Shown in pieces: positions 1-9,891 of a DNA stretch of 64,000 nt. This stretch comes from Brevinematales bacterium. Its GTDB lineage: Bacteria > Spirochaetota > Brevinematia > Brevinematales > GWF1-51-8. The stretch is from contig JAGVBZ010000014.1 in assembly GCA_020059465.1 (NCBI GenBank), positions 25,170 to 89,169 on the forward strand. The letters run 5' to 3'. The position numbers and the translations under genes were made by a program. Each line of letters opens with the position of its first letter. The first letter of the stretch is position 1. The notes under the pieces were generated by a model. The model saw only the letters and a program-made list of their open reading frames with translations, searched no databases and was not told where the DNA came from.

Positions 1-334
1 TTTCCTCGTGTATAACGATATCGGCGGGAACCGAAACTACCGGGTCGATAAAAAGGGTCGACATGTTTTCCGCCGGGTCGGTGAGCATATGCGAATCTTT
101 TTCATGCACCACCAATTCCGCGCCGGTACCGTTTTTTAGAAAAGTATTGCCGCCGATATGGTCGAAATGGCCGTGGGTATTCACAATATACTTGAGACGC
201 ACCCCTTTGAGAACCGACATGATTTCTAATGAATTGACCGCGGGGTCGATCACCATGGCTTCTCTGGCGTCCTGATCGATAATAACATAACAATTCACAT
301 CGAACGGACCCATCCCGATACGGACTATTTTCAC
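1..334 (-). CDS. MBL-fold metallo-hydrolase (glyoxalase II-like), C-terminal end outside window
   Basis: Manual minus-strand translation from GTG at 334 gives VKIVRIGMGPFDVNCYVIIDQDAREAMVIDP...YIVNTHGHFDHIGGN, with the HxHxDH motif. It is absent from the ORF track because it runs off the window edge. Confidence 0.75.
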   Translation of the reverse strand, partial: MKIVRIGMGPFDVNCYVIIDQDAREAMVIDPAVNSLEIMSVLKGVRLKYIVNTHGHFDHIGGNTFLKNGTGAELVVHEKDSHMLTDPAENMSTLFIDPVVSVPADIVIHEE

Positions 335-428
335 AGTAGTCTCCGTTAAAAAATGTGTATAAATGTTATATTATACGGCTTAAAATATCAAGAAAAATGG
401 GTTGGAATGGATGGAAAACAGCATGACG

Positions 429-1019
429 TTATGCTTTCCCCACTATCAAATCGTAGACCAATTCTACCAGCCCGTCCATCTCCTGTTTTGTCAGCGATTT
501 TTCTCCGGTGACAATTGTGCGTTTCCACATCATATCCCCGATACCCCAGATCAGAAAAATCAGAGTATCGAGACGATGCTCGGGTATCTCAATCTTGCTG
601 TTTCCGATGCTTTGCCGGAGGATACCTTTGATAATTCCGCCGCTTTTCAGGTAGATGCCGCCGAGAGCGTCTCTGATATCGTCATCCTCCACTTCGGAAA
701 ACGCCTTGTAGAGGATTTTATAAAGCCCGCTGGCCTCAGCGTGCCGGATAAAGAAATTATCCCCGAGTACGTGAAGGTTGGATCGCAGGTCGGCCTCCGG
801 GGATACCCCGTCGACAAAAAATTCCGCCATCCTTTTGCTGATATACTGAAGCACCTCGATAAATAAATCCCGTTTATTCTCAAAATAACGGTATATCGTA
901 CCCTCGGCAATCCCCGCTTTACGCGCGATTTCGGCGGTAGTCATATTCTGGTAGTTTTGGTGATTGAGAATATCAATCGCCGTTTGAAGGATCAGATCGC
1001 GTTTGTTGTCGGATGCCAT
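429..1019 (-). CDS. TetR/AcrR family transcriptional regulator
   Basis: The N-terminal HTH (ILQTAIDILNHQNYQNMTTAEIARKAGIAEGTIYRYFENKRDLF) is a typical TetR signature. Confidence 0.85.
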   Translation of the reverse strand: MASDNKRDLILQTAIDILNHQNYQNMTTAEIARKAGIAEGTIYRYFENKRDLFIEVLQYISKRMAEFFVDGVSPEADLRSNLHVLGDNFFIRHAEASGLYKILYKAFSEVEDDDIRDALGGIYLKSGGIIKGILRQSIGNSKIEIPEHRLDTLIFLIWGIGDMMWKRTIVTGEKSLTKQEMDGLVELVYDLIVGKA

Positions 1020-1029
1020 TGCGGTTTCC

Positions 1030-1833
1030 TTATGATTCCGATTTATCCTTGATAAATTCGATTACCTGTACCAGTTGATTATTCGAGTCAAAAATCGGAA
1101 TACCCCTAATCTCCAACACGTGAGGATTTCCGGCCGAATCGTTTACGGAATGCTCGATAATGACTTCTTTACCTGTTTTTCGGATAGTTTCAATGGTACA
1201 TGCAAGCCCGGAACTGCCGCAGGGTATACTCAGGTCGTTGATAAGCTGATAGCAGTGGGACGGAACGGTAAAATTATCGGTCAGTTCATGCCGGTTGGTC
1301 ATATCGACCGAATAATCCTCGACATTGATAACGAAGAACGGAAATTCCAGAGCGCCTATTGCTGTATAAAGTACGGCGTTCTCCTTTAATAAGACATCGC
1401 TTTGCTTCTGAAGCTCGAAATCTTTGCGCTCGATCTCCATCTGGAAAATATACCGCCGGAACGCTTTCCCGACAAGATGAGGCAGGATTTTCAGGTAGTT
1501 ATTCCCGTTGTCTTTCAGGAACACCTCGACCTCGTCGAACTTCAGTACGCCGTAAATATCTTCGCGCGCGAGATCGCTTGTCAGGAAAATAATAGGGGGC
1601 AGAACCTCAATCCTGTCGAGGAACGCCAGAAGCAAATCGAATAACTGTAAGGATATCGGGTCGATATCCATTAAAAGCACACGGCAGTCGTTGTGAATAA
1701 AATGTGTAACCACATCTTCGCCGGTAGGGAGAAAAACAGGAACCAATTCGTCCGTTTGGAGGGAAGTCTTATACAACTCCTGTTCTTTTTCCGGAACTGC
1801 AAGTAAAACTTTATGTGCGACTTTCTTCTGCAT
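1030..1833 (-). CDS. Receiver-like domain protein with C-terminal PAS-like domain
   Basis: The N-terminus has a CheY-like layout (KVLLAV..., LLMDID, FLTSD, FLKD) but a degenerate acidic pocket. The C-terminal roughly 110 aa look like a PAS fold (FFVINVEDYSV...IPIFDSNNQLVQVIEF). Confidence 0.55.
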   Translation of the reverse strand: MQKKVAHKVLLAVPEKEQELYKTSLQTDELVPVFLPTGEDVVTHFIHNDCRVLLMDIDPISLQLFDLLLAFLDRIEVLPPIIFLTSDLAREDIYGVLKFDEVEVFLKDNGNNYLKILPHLVGKAFRRYIFQMEIERKDFELQKQSDVLLKENAVLYTAIGALEFPFFVINVEDYSVDMTNRHELTDNFTVPSHCYQLINDLSIPCGSSGLACTIETIRKTGKEVIIEHSVNDSAGNPHVLEIRGIPIFDSNNQLVQVIEFIKDKSES

Positions 1834-1971
1834 AGAAAAACCCCTTACACCCCCGTTTCCATATTATTGTAAGACTATAGGAATAAAAACGCAAAAAACT
1901 TTCGCAGAACAAACACAATACTTTTCAAATATATTGGAATACTATATAATATTAGTGCGTGGAGGGAAGAT

Positions 1972-2439
1972 ATGGGTAAACTGAAATTAGAGCTTTCCCC
2001 GGTAGGAGACCGTCTTTTTGATGAGGCGGTTAAAAAATCGCTTGCCGAGATTAAGTCTTTTAAACGGGTAAGGACGAAATTCTTCTACCCCGTTTCGGAC
2101 GGGGGGAATATCGATTGTATTGAGCTGAGGCAAATCATCGATAATCTGGTAAAGGAATTCAATCTAAGATTCTCCGAAGAACACCGCGATACCGGATATA
2201 TGAGCTTTCTGAATAATAAGGCGTTCGACGTATTTAATATGCGAATCCACCGGCTGTCATCCGATAATTATCTTGTTGTTACGCAGAAAAAAGAGGGACA
2301 GCCCGTGTTTATCATCCACGACAAGCAGATCAATCCCAAGGAAAACCTTCTGATACGCTGGAATGACGAAACATTGACCGATGGGACACAGGAAAACATT
2401 CCGTTCCATATACCCCGTGAAGTTTTAGAGATGGAATAA
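1972..2439 (+). CDS. hypothetical protein
   Basis: 155-aa ORF in a gap with no competing gene. A GGAGGGAAG Shine-Dalgarno lies just upstream. No family recognised. Confidence 0.5.
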   Translation: MGKLKLELSPVGDRLFDEAVKKSLAEIKSFKRVRTKFFYPVSDGGNIDCIELRQIIDNLVKEFNLRFSEEHRDTGYMSFLNNKAFDVFNMRIHRLSSDNYLVVTQKKEGQPVFIIHDKQINPKENLLIRWNDETLTDGTQENIPFHIPREVLEME

Positions 2440-2445
2440 TCCTTT

Positions 2446-3426
2446 CTATCTTCTATGCAGGCTCTGGAAACAGAGTTCTTCCTCTTGCAGTATAGCTTCA
2501 ATCTTCTTTAAAAACTCATCCGGTTTGAACGATTTTGCGTCGCGGATCAGTCCGCCCGCCATTTCCGCATGCCCGCCGCCGTTCCCGATTCCGTCGAGAG
2601 CCTGACGTATGATCCGGGAAGCGTTCCATTCGGGAACTTCGCTCCTGATGGATACATTGACAAAATCTCCGTTCCGCGCGCAAAGGATCATGAAATTGAT
2701 TTCGCGCAGGGCGAGGAAAAAATCGCCGAGTATTCCGAGCAAATTCTGGTTGCACCCATGGGGAAAATAACAGAACCCAATTCTATCCAAAATCCGGATA
2801 TGGTCGATGGCGTATTTATAGAAATGAAGGTCTTCGGTCTGGATATGGTTACGGAGGATGCGGTTCGCGAGTTGATGGTCGGTAAGTTCGAAAAGCTGTA
2901 CGAATGCTTCGACGTCTTCCGGCGAGACCTTGCGTGTCAGCAATGCGGTATCCACTTCCAGCCCGATATAGAGAGCGGTCGCTATATCACGGGGAATCGG
3001 TTCTCCCAGTTCCTTATAATACGAGGCGATAATGGTCGAACAGGAACCATTATGCGAACGGATATCTGTAAACTTCACTTCTTCAGGGTTCGAGACCAGA
3101 TGATGGTCGATCACCGCAATCTCATCGCCCGGCAGGTCGGTGACATTTTTATTTCCCTTGCAGCCGTCGACGATTACGATATAATCGTCCGCGCGGAATT
3201 CGATTTCATTTGCGTTGACGAGCGGAATTTGTAGACGTTCGATCATAGTAAAAAGAGTGGGGGTCTGGAGTTCTCCTGCATAGACGATTACCGGGATAAA
3301 CCCGCGCTGAAGGAAAAGGTTCCGGAGAGCGAAAGCAGATGCGACCGCGTCCGCATCGGGAAAATCGTGCGTCTGGATATAAAATTTCGGCGAACGCCGG
3401 AGAAAATCGATCAATTCGTTTATCAT
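2446..3426 (-). CDS. nrnA: DHH/DHHA1 family phosphoesterase (NrnA-like oligoribonuclease/pAp phosphatase)
   Basis: Motifs HDFPDADAV, IVDGC, VIDHH and the C-terminal DHHA1 motif GGGHAEMAGG. Confidence 0.8.
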   Translation of the reverse strand: MINELIDFLRRSPKFYIQTHDFPDADAVASAFALRNLFLQRGFIPVIVYAGELQTPTLFTMIERLQIPLVNANEIEFRADDYIVIVDGCKGNKNVTDLPGDEIAVIDHHLVSNPEEVKFTDIRSHNGSCSTIIASYYKELGEPIPRDIATALYIGLEVDTALLTRKVSPEDVEAFVQLFELTDHQLANRILRNHIQTEDLHFYKYAIDHIRILDRIGFCYFPHGCNQNLLGILGDFFLALREINFMILCARNGDFVNVSIRSEVPEWNASRIIRQALDGIGNGGGHAEMAGGLIRDAKSFKPDEFLKKIEAILQEEELCFQSLHRR

Positions 3427-3500
3427 GGATCACCCCCGCGGATTATTGTATCATTTACGGGGGATATGTCAATGATTTTTCACGTTTTTATTTGCCGGGG

Positions 3501-4157
3501 ATGAACAAAGTTTTTCCCGTTCTAAAAATTGAAAGAACGCCTATTTTCCGTTATACTAACGAAATGATGAATTATAGGGATAATCCCCTTCTCGCACGGT
3601 ATGTACGGGAATTGTGGGAATGGAATAAAAAATTCAGCCTGACAGGCGCTAAGGATACCGAAACTATCTGGAACGATCATATTCCCGATAGTCTCTATCT
3701 CGAGGAGTTTATCCGGAACGATCCCCGCGGAATGGTGGTTGATATCGGGAGCGGGCAGGGATTGCCTGTCGTGCCGCTCGCGGTCGCAGTGCCCGGGAAA
3801 AGATATATTGCTACGGAGGTGAACGAGCGCAAGATCGGGTTTCTCGACTGGATGGCGGCGAGTCTTTCCCTTCCGGTAGAGACGGTAAAAATACTGCCGA
3901 AGACCCATATCGGCGGGGCATGTATGATCACCGCGAAAGCGTTCGCGCAGATATCCGACATCGTGAATTGGCAGAAGAAGCACGCGCCGGACGCGGAGGT
4001 GTTTTACCTTCTAAAGGGGAACGAGGATAATGTAAAGGAAGAACTGTCCCGGACTGCGAAACGGTTCCCGGATATGAAGGACGCGGCTGAGAAGGCGGTT
4101 ATCGACAAATTTGAGAAAGGGTGTGTGGTAGTAATACACATAGGAGGCGCGGAATGA
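3501..4157 (+). CDS. rsmG: 16S rRNA (guanine527-N7)-methyltransferase RsmG
   Basis: KFSLTGAKDTETIWNDHIPDSLYL plus the SAM motif VVDIGSGQGLPVVPLAV. The track ORF starts at 3339 inside nrnA, so I chose the first ATG after the nrnA start (3501). ATG 3564 is an alternative. Confidence 0.8.
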   Translation: MNKVFPVLKIERTPIFRYTNEMMNYRDNPLLARYVRELWEWNKKFSLTGAKDTETIWNDHIPDSLYLEEFIRNDPRGMVVDIGSGQGLPVVPLAVAVPGKRYIATEVNERKIGFLDWMAASLSLPVETVKILPKTHIGGACMITAKAFAQISDIVNWQKKHAPDAEVFYLLKGNEDNVKEELSRTAKRFPDMKDAAEKAVIDKFEKGCVVVIHIGGAE

Positions 4158-4861
4158 GGCTTCATTACATACAGCACGTCGAATTCGAAGATCCGGCAAA
4201 CATTCTGGAATGGACTGCGATACACAGGCATACTGTCAGCGCGACGCATGTCTATAAGGGTGAAAAATTCCCTTCGGCGGCGGAGTACGACTGGCTGGTG
4301 GTGATGGGCGGGCCGATGAATATATACGAGGACGACATCTATCCATGGCTCATCGACGAGAAGGAGTTTATCCGTCATGCTATCAAAGCGGGAAAGACGG
4401 TAATCGGTATATGTCTGGGCGCACAGCTTCTCGCGGACGCGCTCGGCGGAAAAGTCATCCGCAACCGCGAAAAAGAGATCGGTTGGTTTCCTGTGAAATG
4501 GACGATGGAAGCGAAAATTTCGCCGTTCTTCAGGGGTATGCCGGAAAATCCGGAGGTATTCCATTGGCACGGCGATACGTTTGCTGTGCCGGAGTGGACA
4601 TTGCCAATCGCTTCGAGCGAAGCGACCGACCACCAGGGCTTTATGTTCGAGGATGACACTGCGCTCGTGATCGGGCTGCAGTTTCATATCGAATCGACCG
4701 CGGAGAGCGTTCAGCGCCTGATTGACCATTCGCGCTCGGAATTGTTCAACGCGAAATATATTCAGGACGAAGAGACGATGATGGAAAGGGGTGAAAATTT
4801 TAAAACTCTTCGCCGCATGATCGAGACGTTTTTAGACAACGTTTACGCGGCGAGAAAATAG
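4154..4861 (+). CDS. class I glutamine amidotransferase-like protein
   Basis: Starts MRLHYIQHVEFE. Has the nucleophile elbow GICLGAQLL and the HWHGDTF His region. Its ATG overlaps the rsmG stop (ATGA). Confidence 0.75.
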   Translation: MRLHYIQHVEFEDPANILEWTAIHRHTVSATHVYKGEKFPSAAEYDWLVVMGGPMNIYEDDIYPWLIDEKEFIRHAIKAGKTVIGICLGAQLLADALGGKVIRNREKEIGWFPVKWTMEAKISPFFRGMPENPEVFHWHGDTFAVPEWTLPIASSEATDHQGFMFEDDTALVIGLQFHIESTAESVQRLIDHSRSELFNAKYIQDEETMMERGENFKTLRRMIETFLDNVYAARK

Positions 4862-4869
4862 GAAAAAAT

Positions 4870-5940
4870 ATGCGGAATTTTAAGACGATTATTGTGACAG
4901 GCGGAGCGGGATTTATTGGGTCGAATTTTATCCGGCACATTTTTGAAAAGTCGGGATATGCCGGGAATGTGGTCAACCTCGATAAACTGACCTATGCCGG
5001 TAACCTGATGTCCGTCGGGGATATCGAGAAACAGTACGGCGGCAAACGTTACTTCTTCGAGCGCGCCGATATCTGCGACTTTGACAGCGTGACCGCGGTA
5101 CTGAAGAAATACGACGCGGACTGCGTGGTGCATTTCGCGGCGGAATCGCATGTCGACCGTTCCATACTCGGCCCCGCGGAGTTCGTACGGACGAACCTGA
5201 ACGGTACGTTCACGATGCTCGAAGCGGTGCGCAGTATGTGGAAAGACCGGAAAGACGTACTGTTTCATCATATTTCCACAGACGAAGTGTTCGGTTCGCT
5301 CGGCGATCAGGGATATTTTTTCGAGGATACGCCGTACGATCCGCGCAGTCCGTATTCCGCGTCGAAAGCGGGGAGCGACCATCTCGTGATGGCGTACTAT
5401 CACACCTACGGCCTGCCCGTGACCCTCTCAAACTGCTCGAATAACTACGGGCCGTACCATTTCCCGGAGAAACTCATCCCGCTGATGATACTCAACCTTT
5501 TCGAGGAGAAGCCGCTGCCGGTATACGGCGACGGTATGAACGTGCGGGATTGGCTTTTTGTCGCCGATCATGCCTCCGCGATCTATAGAATTATCACTGA
5601 CGGGAATATCGGCGATAAATATAATGTCGGCGGGGAGAACGAACGCCCGAATATCGAAGTGGTCAACCTGTTGTGCGAGGTTGCCGCGGACAAGATGGGG
5701 AGACCGAAAGATTACTATAAGAAACTGATTACTTATGTCAAGGATCGTCCCGGCCACGACCGTCGTTACGCGATCAACTGCGACAAGCTGAAGAAAGAGC
5801 TCGGATGGAAGCAGAGTGTGACGTTCGACCAGGGTCTCGCGCTCACGGTAGAATGGTACATGAACAATAAGGAGTGGGTCGAATCGGTGCGGAGCGGCGA
5901 ATACCGCAAATGGATCGATACGAACTATGACGCGCGGTGA
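4870..5940 (+). CDS. rfbB: dTDP-glucose 4,6-dehydratase
   Basis: GGAGFIGSNF Rossmann motif, YSASKAGSDHL catalytic YxxxK, and full-length RmlB-like sequence. Confidence 0.9.
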   Translation: MRNFKTIIVTGGAGFIGSNFIRHIFEKSGYAGNVVNLDKLTYAGNLMSVGDIEKQYGGKRYFFERADICDFDSVTAVLKKYDADCVVHFAAESHVDRSILGPAEFVRTNLNGTFTMLEAVRSMWKDRKDVLFHHISTDEVFGSLGDQGYFFEDTPYDPRSPYSASKAGSDHLVMAYYHTYGLPVTLSNCSNNYGPYHFPEKLIPLMILNLFEEKPLPVYGDGMNVRDWLFVADHASAIYRIITDGNIGDKYNVGGENERPNIEVVNLLCEVAADKMGRPKDYYKKLITYVKDRPGHDRRYAINCDKLKKELGWKQSVTFDQGLALTVEWYMNNKEWVESVRSGEYRKWIDTNYDAR

Positions 5941-5965
5941 TATAAGTTTCATTTAACTCCCGCGA

Positions 5966-7312
5966 ATGAGCGGTACGGAAAAACGGAGCGAAGATATGCA
6001 TGAATTAGCCGGAAAACTTCTGGATAAATTTAAGAAACGCGACGCGGTGATCGGGATACTCGGCCTCGGTTATGTGGGTTTACCCCTCGCGGTCGTATTC
6101 GCGAAGAAGAACGTGCGGGTGATAGGGTTCGAGAAGAGCGAAAAGAAAGCCTCCGCTGTGAATGACGGACGGAATTATATCGGCGATATCGTACCCGACG
6201 AGCTGACTGCTGTCGTAAAGAACAGAGCATTGACCGCGACCACCGATTTCTCGCGGATTCGGGAATGCGACGCGCTGATTATCTGTGTGCCTACCCCTCT
6301 CGATAAATTCAAGAAGCCCGATATGGCTTATATAGAAAGCGCGTGCACCGATATCGGACGTTATATGAAAAAAGGGACGTTTATCTCGCTGGAAAGTACG
6401 ACATACCCGACGACGACCGAGAACTTCATGCGCCCGTTGATCGAACGCGAGTCGAAGATGAAGCTCGACGAGGATTTCTGGCTCTGCTTCTCCGCGGAAC
6501 GTGTCGATCCGGGGAATAAGAACTATCATACGGAGAATACCCCGAAGGTCGTCGGGGGATTGGGCGAGACCGCGCAGACGCTCGGGATGGCTATGTACGG
6601 TATCGCTATCCGGACTCTGCATTCCGTAAGTTCCCCGCGTGTCTCCGAGATGGTGAAAATACTTGAAAATACCTACCGGTTGATCAATATTTCACTCGTG
6701 AACGAGCTTGCGCTCCTTTGCGGAAAGATGGATATCAATATTTGGGAAGTGATCGACGCCGCGAAAACCAAGCCGTACGGATTTCAGGCGTTCTATCCCG
6801 GTCCCGGGATCGGCGGGCACTGTATCCCTCTCGATCCGTTCTATCTCGAGCATATCGCAAAAAATTATAATTTCGATCTGACGATGATCCATACCGCGGG
6901 ACTGGTGAATAATGTTATGCCGCACAGGATGGCGGTAAAGATCAGCTTCGCCCTCAACCGGCACAAGAAGCCCCTCAACGGGTCGAAAATCCTGTTCCTC
7001 GGCGCGGCGTATAAGCCGGATATCGACGACGAACGCGAATCCCCCGCGCTGATGGTGATCGACGAGGTAGCGAAAAAGCTTGCCGATATATCCTATTACG
7101 ATCCCTTTATTGCGGAGGTGACGACCGAGCACGGCAGAAATTATAAAAGTATCCCCGCGCTGACGAAGGAAGCTCTCGCGGACGCGGACTGTGTGGTGAT
7201 TACCACCAATCACAGCGTGTTCGACCCGGATTTCATAGTCGAGCATGCCCAGCTTATCGTGGATTTACGTAACGCGATCACGAAGCCCAGCCCGAAGGTG
7301 TTTAAGTTATAG
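5966..7312 (+). CDS. nucleotide-sugar dehydrogenase (UDP-GlcNAc/ManNAc 6-dehydrogenase-like)
   Basis: IGILGLGYVGLPLA NAD-binding motif, a GGHCIPLDP catalytic Cys region, and length typical of the UDP-glucose/GDP-mannose dehydrogenase family. Confidence 0.85.
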   Translation: MSGTEKRSEDMHELAGKLLDKFKKRDAVIGILGLGYVGLPLAVVFAKKNVRVIGFEKSEKKASAVNDGRNYIGDIVPDELTAVVKNRALTATTDFSRIRECDALIICVPTPLDKFKKPDMAYIESACTDIGRYMKKGTFISLESTTYPTTTENFMRPLIERESKMKLDEDFWLCFSAERVDPGNKNYHTENTPKVVGGLGETAQTLGMAMYGIAIRTLHSVSSPRVSEMVKILENTYRLINISLVNELALLCGKMDINIWEVIDAAKTKPYGFQAFYPGPGIGGHCIPLDPFYLEHIAKNYNFDLTMIHTAGLVNNVMPHRMAVKISFALNRHKKPLNGSKILFLGAAYKPDIDDERESPALMVIDEVAKKLADISYYDPFIAEVTTEHGRNYKSIPALTKEALADADCVVITTNHSVFDPDFIVEHAQLIVDLRNAITKPSPKVFKL

Positions 7313-7433
7313 GTAATGAATAACTACTGTGCCTGAGAGGGCAAAAATAACGAAGTGTTTACGAATCTTTTCTAACCTACGATACCGTCATTGTGAGCAG
7401 GCGCATCGCGTCGAACTAAGGCCGGAGCAATCG

Positions 7434-7613
7434 TTATTTCTCTATCTTAGACTGGATTTTCCGCGCGGGACAATCGTTCTGGGTGCAGTACGGGCATGTC
7501 GCGCATTGCGATCCCTTGTTTTTCATCCGTTTCAGGAACGGCCTGACCAATATATACACCGCCAGTAGAAATACGGCGACCATCAGTATAATATCGATGA
7601 CGGTAAGCGTCAT
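7434..7613 (-). CDS. FeoB-associated Cys-rich membrane protein (59 aa)
   Basis: Manual translation gives MTLTVIDIILMVAVFLLAVYILVRPFLKRMKNKGSQCATCPYCTQNDCPARKIQSKIEK: one TM helix followed by CxxCxxCxxxxC. The ATG lies 2 nt after the feoB stop. It is below the size cut-off of the ORF track. Confidence 0.6.
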   Translation of the reverse strand: MTLTVIDIILMVAVFLLAVYILVRPFLKRMKNKGSQCATCPYCTQNDCPARKIQSKIEK

Positions 7614-7614
7614 A

Positions 7615-9891
7615 TCACCCTCCCAGCCCTAAAATCCGTCCGCCCTGGTACACAATGAACGACGTCAGCCATGCCAGAAGGATTTGGTACAGCACGGTAA
7701 TCCCCGCCCATTTCCATTTCCCCAGTTCGTGAACCATCGAAGCGATAAAGGTAATACACGGCACATACAGCAGGACAAACACAAGGAATGCGTACGCCGA
7801 TAGCGGAGTGAACGCTTTCAAAAGTTCGGCTGTCAGTTCGGTCGGGGGGACATCCTGTTCGGCGGTGACAGTTACTATGCCGAAGACGGAAAGGAGATTC
7901 GCACCGGCGTCCCGCAGGGCTGTCAGGAATCCAAGCCCTATTTCGCCTAAGTCCTGTACGAATGTCGGCGCAGGCTCGGTATTGGTCGCAGTGATTATCG
8001 ACATGAGATTGGACGACGGGGTGATCCCGGTCACTATCGGCAATTCCGATATCGCGGCGTTCGACTGGGTGACGGATGTTTCCATATAGATCGCGGTCAT
8101 ACTGCTGACGACGATCTCTTTCGCGCCTATTCCGGCGATCAGCGACGCGGAGGCCTGCCATGTCCCGAATCCGAGCGGTTCGAATACCGGGGCGATAAAC
8201 TGCCCGGCTTTCCCGAGGAACGAGTCTTTCGCGCCGGTGACTCCCCACGGCAGCCGTGTCAGGAACCAGATGATAACGGTCAACGCGAGTATGACGGTAC
8301 CCGCCTTAATAATAAAATGCTTCACTTTATCCCATGTATGTACGAAAAGGTTGGAGATAGACGGCATCCGGTAAGGGGGAAGCTCCATGATAAATTCCTG
8401 CGTATCTCCCTTAAAAAGAATTTTCCGCAATAACCAGCCCATTCCGAACGCGGCGAGGATTCCAAGCAGATACAGCGACCATATGACGGTTCCCGACATG
8501 TTTTTCGGGAAAAACACAGCCGCAAAGAGGATATATACCGGAAGCCGAGCCGAGCAGGACATCAGCGGGGAAACCATGGCGGTCAGTATCTTGTCTTTCG
8601 GGTCTTCGAGAATGCGTGTGGCGTATACCGAAGGTACGTTGCATCCAAATCCGAGTATAAGCGGGATAAACGATTTCCCGTGCAGGCCCATCTTATGCAT
8701 AATACCGTCCATCAGGAACGCCGCGCGCGCCATATACCCGCTACCCTCGAGGAAAGTGATGAAAAACATCATGAAGAAGATCAGCGGGACGAAAACCAGT
8801 ATTCCGCCGACCCCCGCGACAATTCCGTCGAGAATGAGCGAACGGAACCAGTCCGGCGCGGCGAAGATACTCAGAAGCGCATCCATCCAACGGGTAAACG
8901 GCCCGGTGACGATACCGTCGAGCCAATCGACGAACGGATTTCCGAGGTCGAAAGTGAGTTTGAACATGACCCACATTGAAAATAAAAAAATGGGGATGCC
9001 GAAAAAACGGTTCAGCGCAACTTTATCAATCTTATCGGTGAGTTCGGTACGCTCCCCAGCAGGACGTTTCAGCGCAAGATGGGTCAGTCCGTTAGCCTGC
9101 GCAAAACGTTCGTCGTCCATGACGGCGATCAGGTTTTTCCCATGAGCGGAATGGAGATGATCGAGGGTTCCGTCTGTAAAGGAATCGACGGATAAAATAC
9201 CGGCTTTATCGATGAAATACTTATCGTTTTCAAGGATTCGGATCGAACTCCATCGTAAGGGGTATTTCGATAAACCGGCAGTATCATGTGAATTTGCGAT
9301 ATTACATTCTATTGCGCAAATTGCGGTTTCAAGTTCGGTGTTATAGGAAAACTGCGACGTATTGACGGATACTGTACGATCTCCGACGCCGATCAATGTT
9401 TTTAACAGCGTATCAACGCCGGACTTTTTGACAGCGGATGTACGTACGATCCTGACGCCGAGGTTTTTTTCGATCAGCTTCGTATCGATAGAAAATCCCT
9501 TCTGCTCGGCCTCGTCGGTCATATTGAGCGCGAGGACTGTCGGTATGCCGAGTTCGAGGAGATGCAGTGTTAGTATGAGGTTGCGTTCGAGATTGGTAGT
9601 GTCTATGACGTTGAGGATGATATCGGGGGGAGATTCAGTCAGGAAATCGACCGCCACCTTCTCGTCGTCGGTGTAGGGGTGAAGGCTGTAGGCGCCGGGA
9701 AGATCGATAAATACAAGCTCAGTTCCTTGATACTCGATACGCGCCTCTTTTTTCTCGACTGTCACGCCCGGCCAGTTCCCGACATAGAGCCGCGAGCCGG
9801 CGATAGCGTTGATAAGAGTGGATTTCCCGCAGTTGGGATTACCCGCGACCGCTATGGTCAAGGTTTTTCTATCATGAGATTGATGTTTCAT
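7615..9891 (-). CDS. feoB: ferrous iron transporter FeoB
   Basis: N-terminal G-domain (AGNPNCGKSTLINAIAG, DLPG) followed by a polytopic membrane domain of 758 aa. Confidence 0.95.
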   Translation of the reverse strand: MKHQSHDRKTLTIAVAGNPNCGKSTLINAIAGSRLYVGNWPGVTVEKKEARIEYQGTELVFIDLPGAYSLHPYTDDEKVAVDFLTESPPDIILNVIDTTNLERNLILTLHLLELGIPTVLALNMTDEAEQKGFSIDTKLIEKNLGVRIVRTSAVKKSGVDTLLKTLIGVGDRTVSVNTSQFSYNTELETAICAIECNIANSHDTAGLSKYPLRWSSIRILENDKYFIDKAGILSVDSFTDGTLDHLHSAHGKNLIAVMDDERFAQANGLTHLALKRPAGERTELTDKIDKVALNRFFGIPIFLFSMWVMFKLTFDLGNPFVDWLDGIVTGPFTRWMDALLSIFAAPDWFRSLILDGIVAGVGGILVFVPLIFFMMFFITFLEGSGYMARAAFLMDGIMHKMGLHGKSFIPLILGFGCNVPSVYATRILEDPKDKILTAMVSPLMSCSARLPVYILFAAVFFPKNMSGTVIWSLYLLGILAAFGMGWLLRKILFKGDTQEFIMELPPYRMPSISNLFVHTWDKVKHFIIKAGTVILALTVIIWFLTRLPWGVTGAKDSFLGKAGQFIAPVFEPLGFGTWQASASLIAGIGAKEIVVSSMTAIYMETSVTQSNAAISELPIVTGITPSSNLMSIITATNTEPAPTFVQDLGEIGLGFLTALRDAGANLLSVFGIVTVTAEQDVPPTELTAELLKAFTPLSAYAFLVFVLLYVPCITFIASMVHELGKWKWAGITVLYQILLAWLTSFIVYQGGRILGLGG

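Noticed and set aside
3339-3500. N-terminal extension of rsmG given in the ORF track
   Set aside because: It would overlap the nrnA coding start by almost 90 nt and adds non-homologous Arg-rich sequence. The internal ATG 3501 is preferred.
4004-4729. 241-aa minus-strand ORF
   Set aside because: It is antisense to rsmG and the glutamine amidotransferase gene. No motifs.
7329-7568. 79-aa plus-strand ORF
   Set aside because: It overlaps a REP-like element and the better-supported minus-strand FeoB-associated Cys-rich gene. It has no Shine-Dalgarno.
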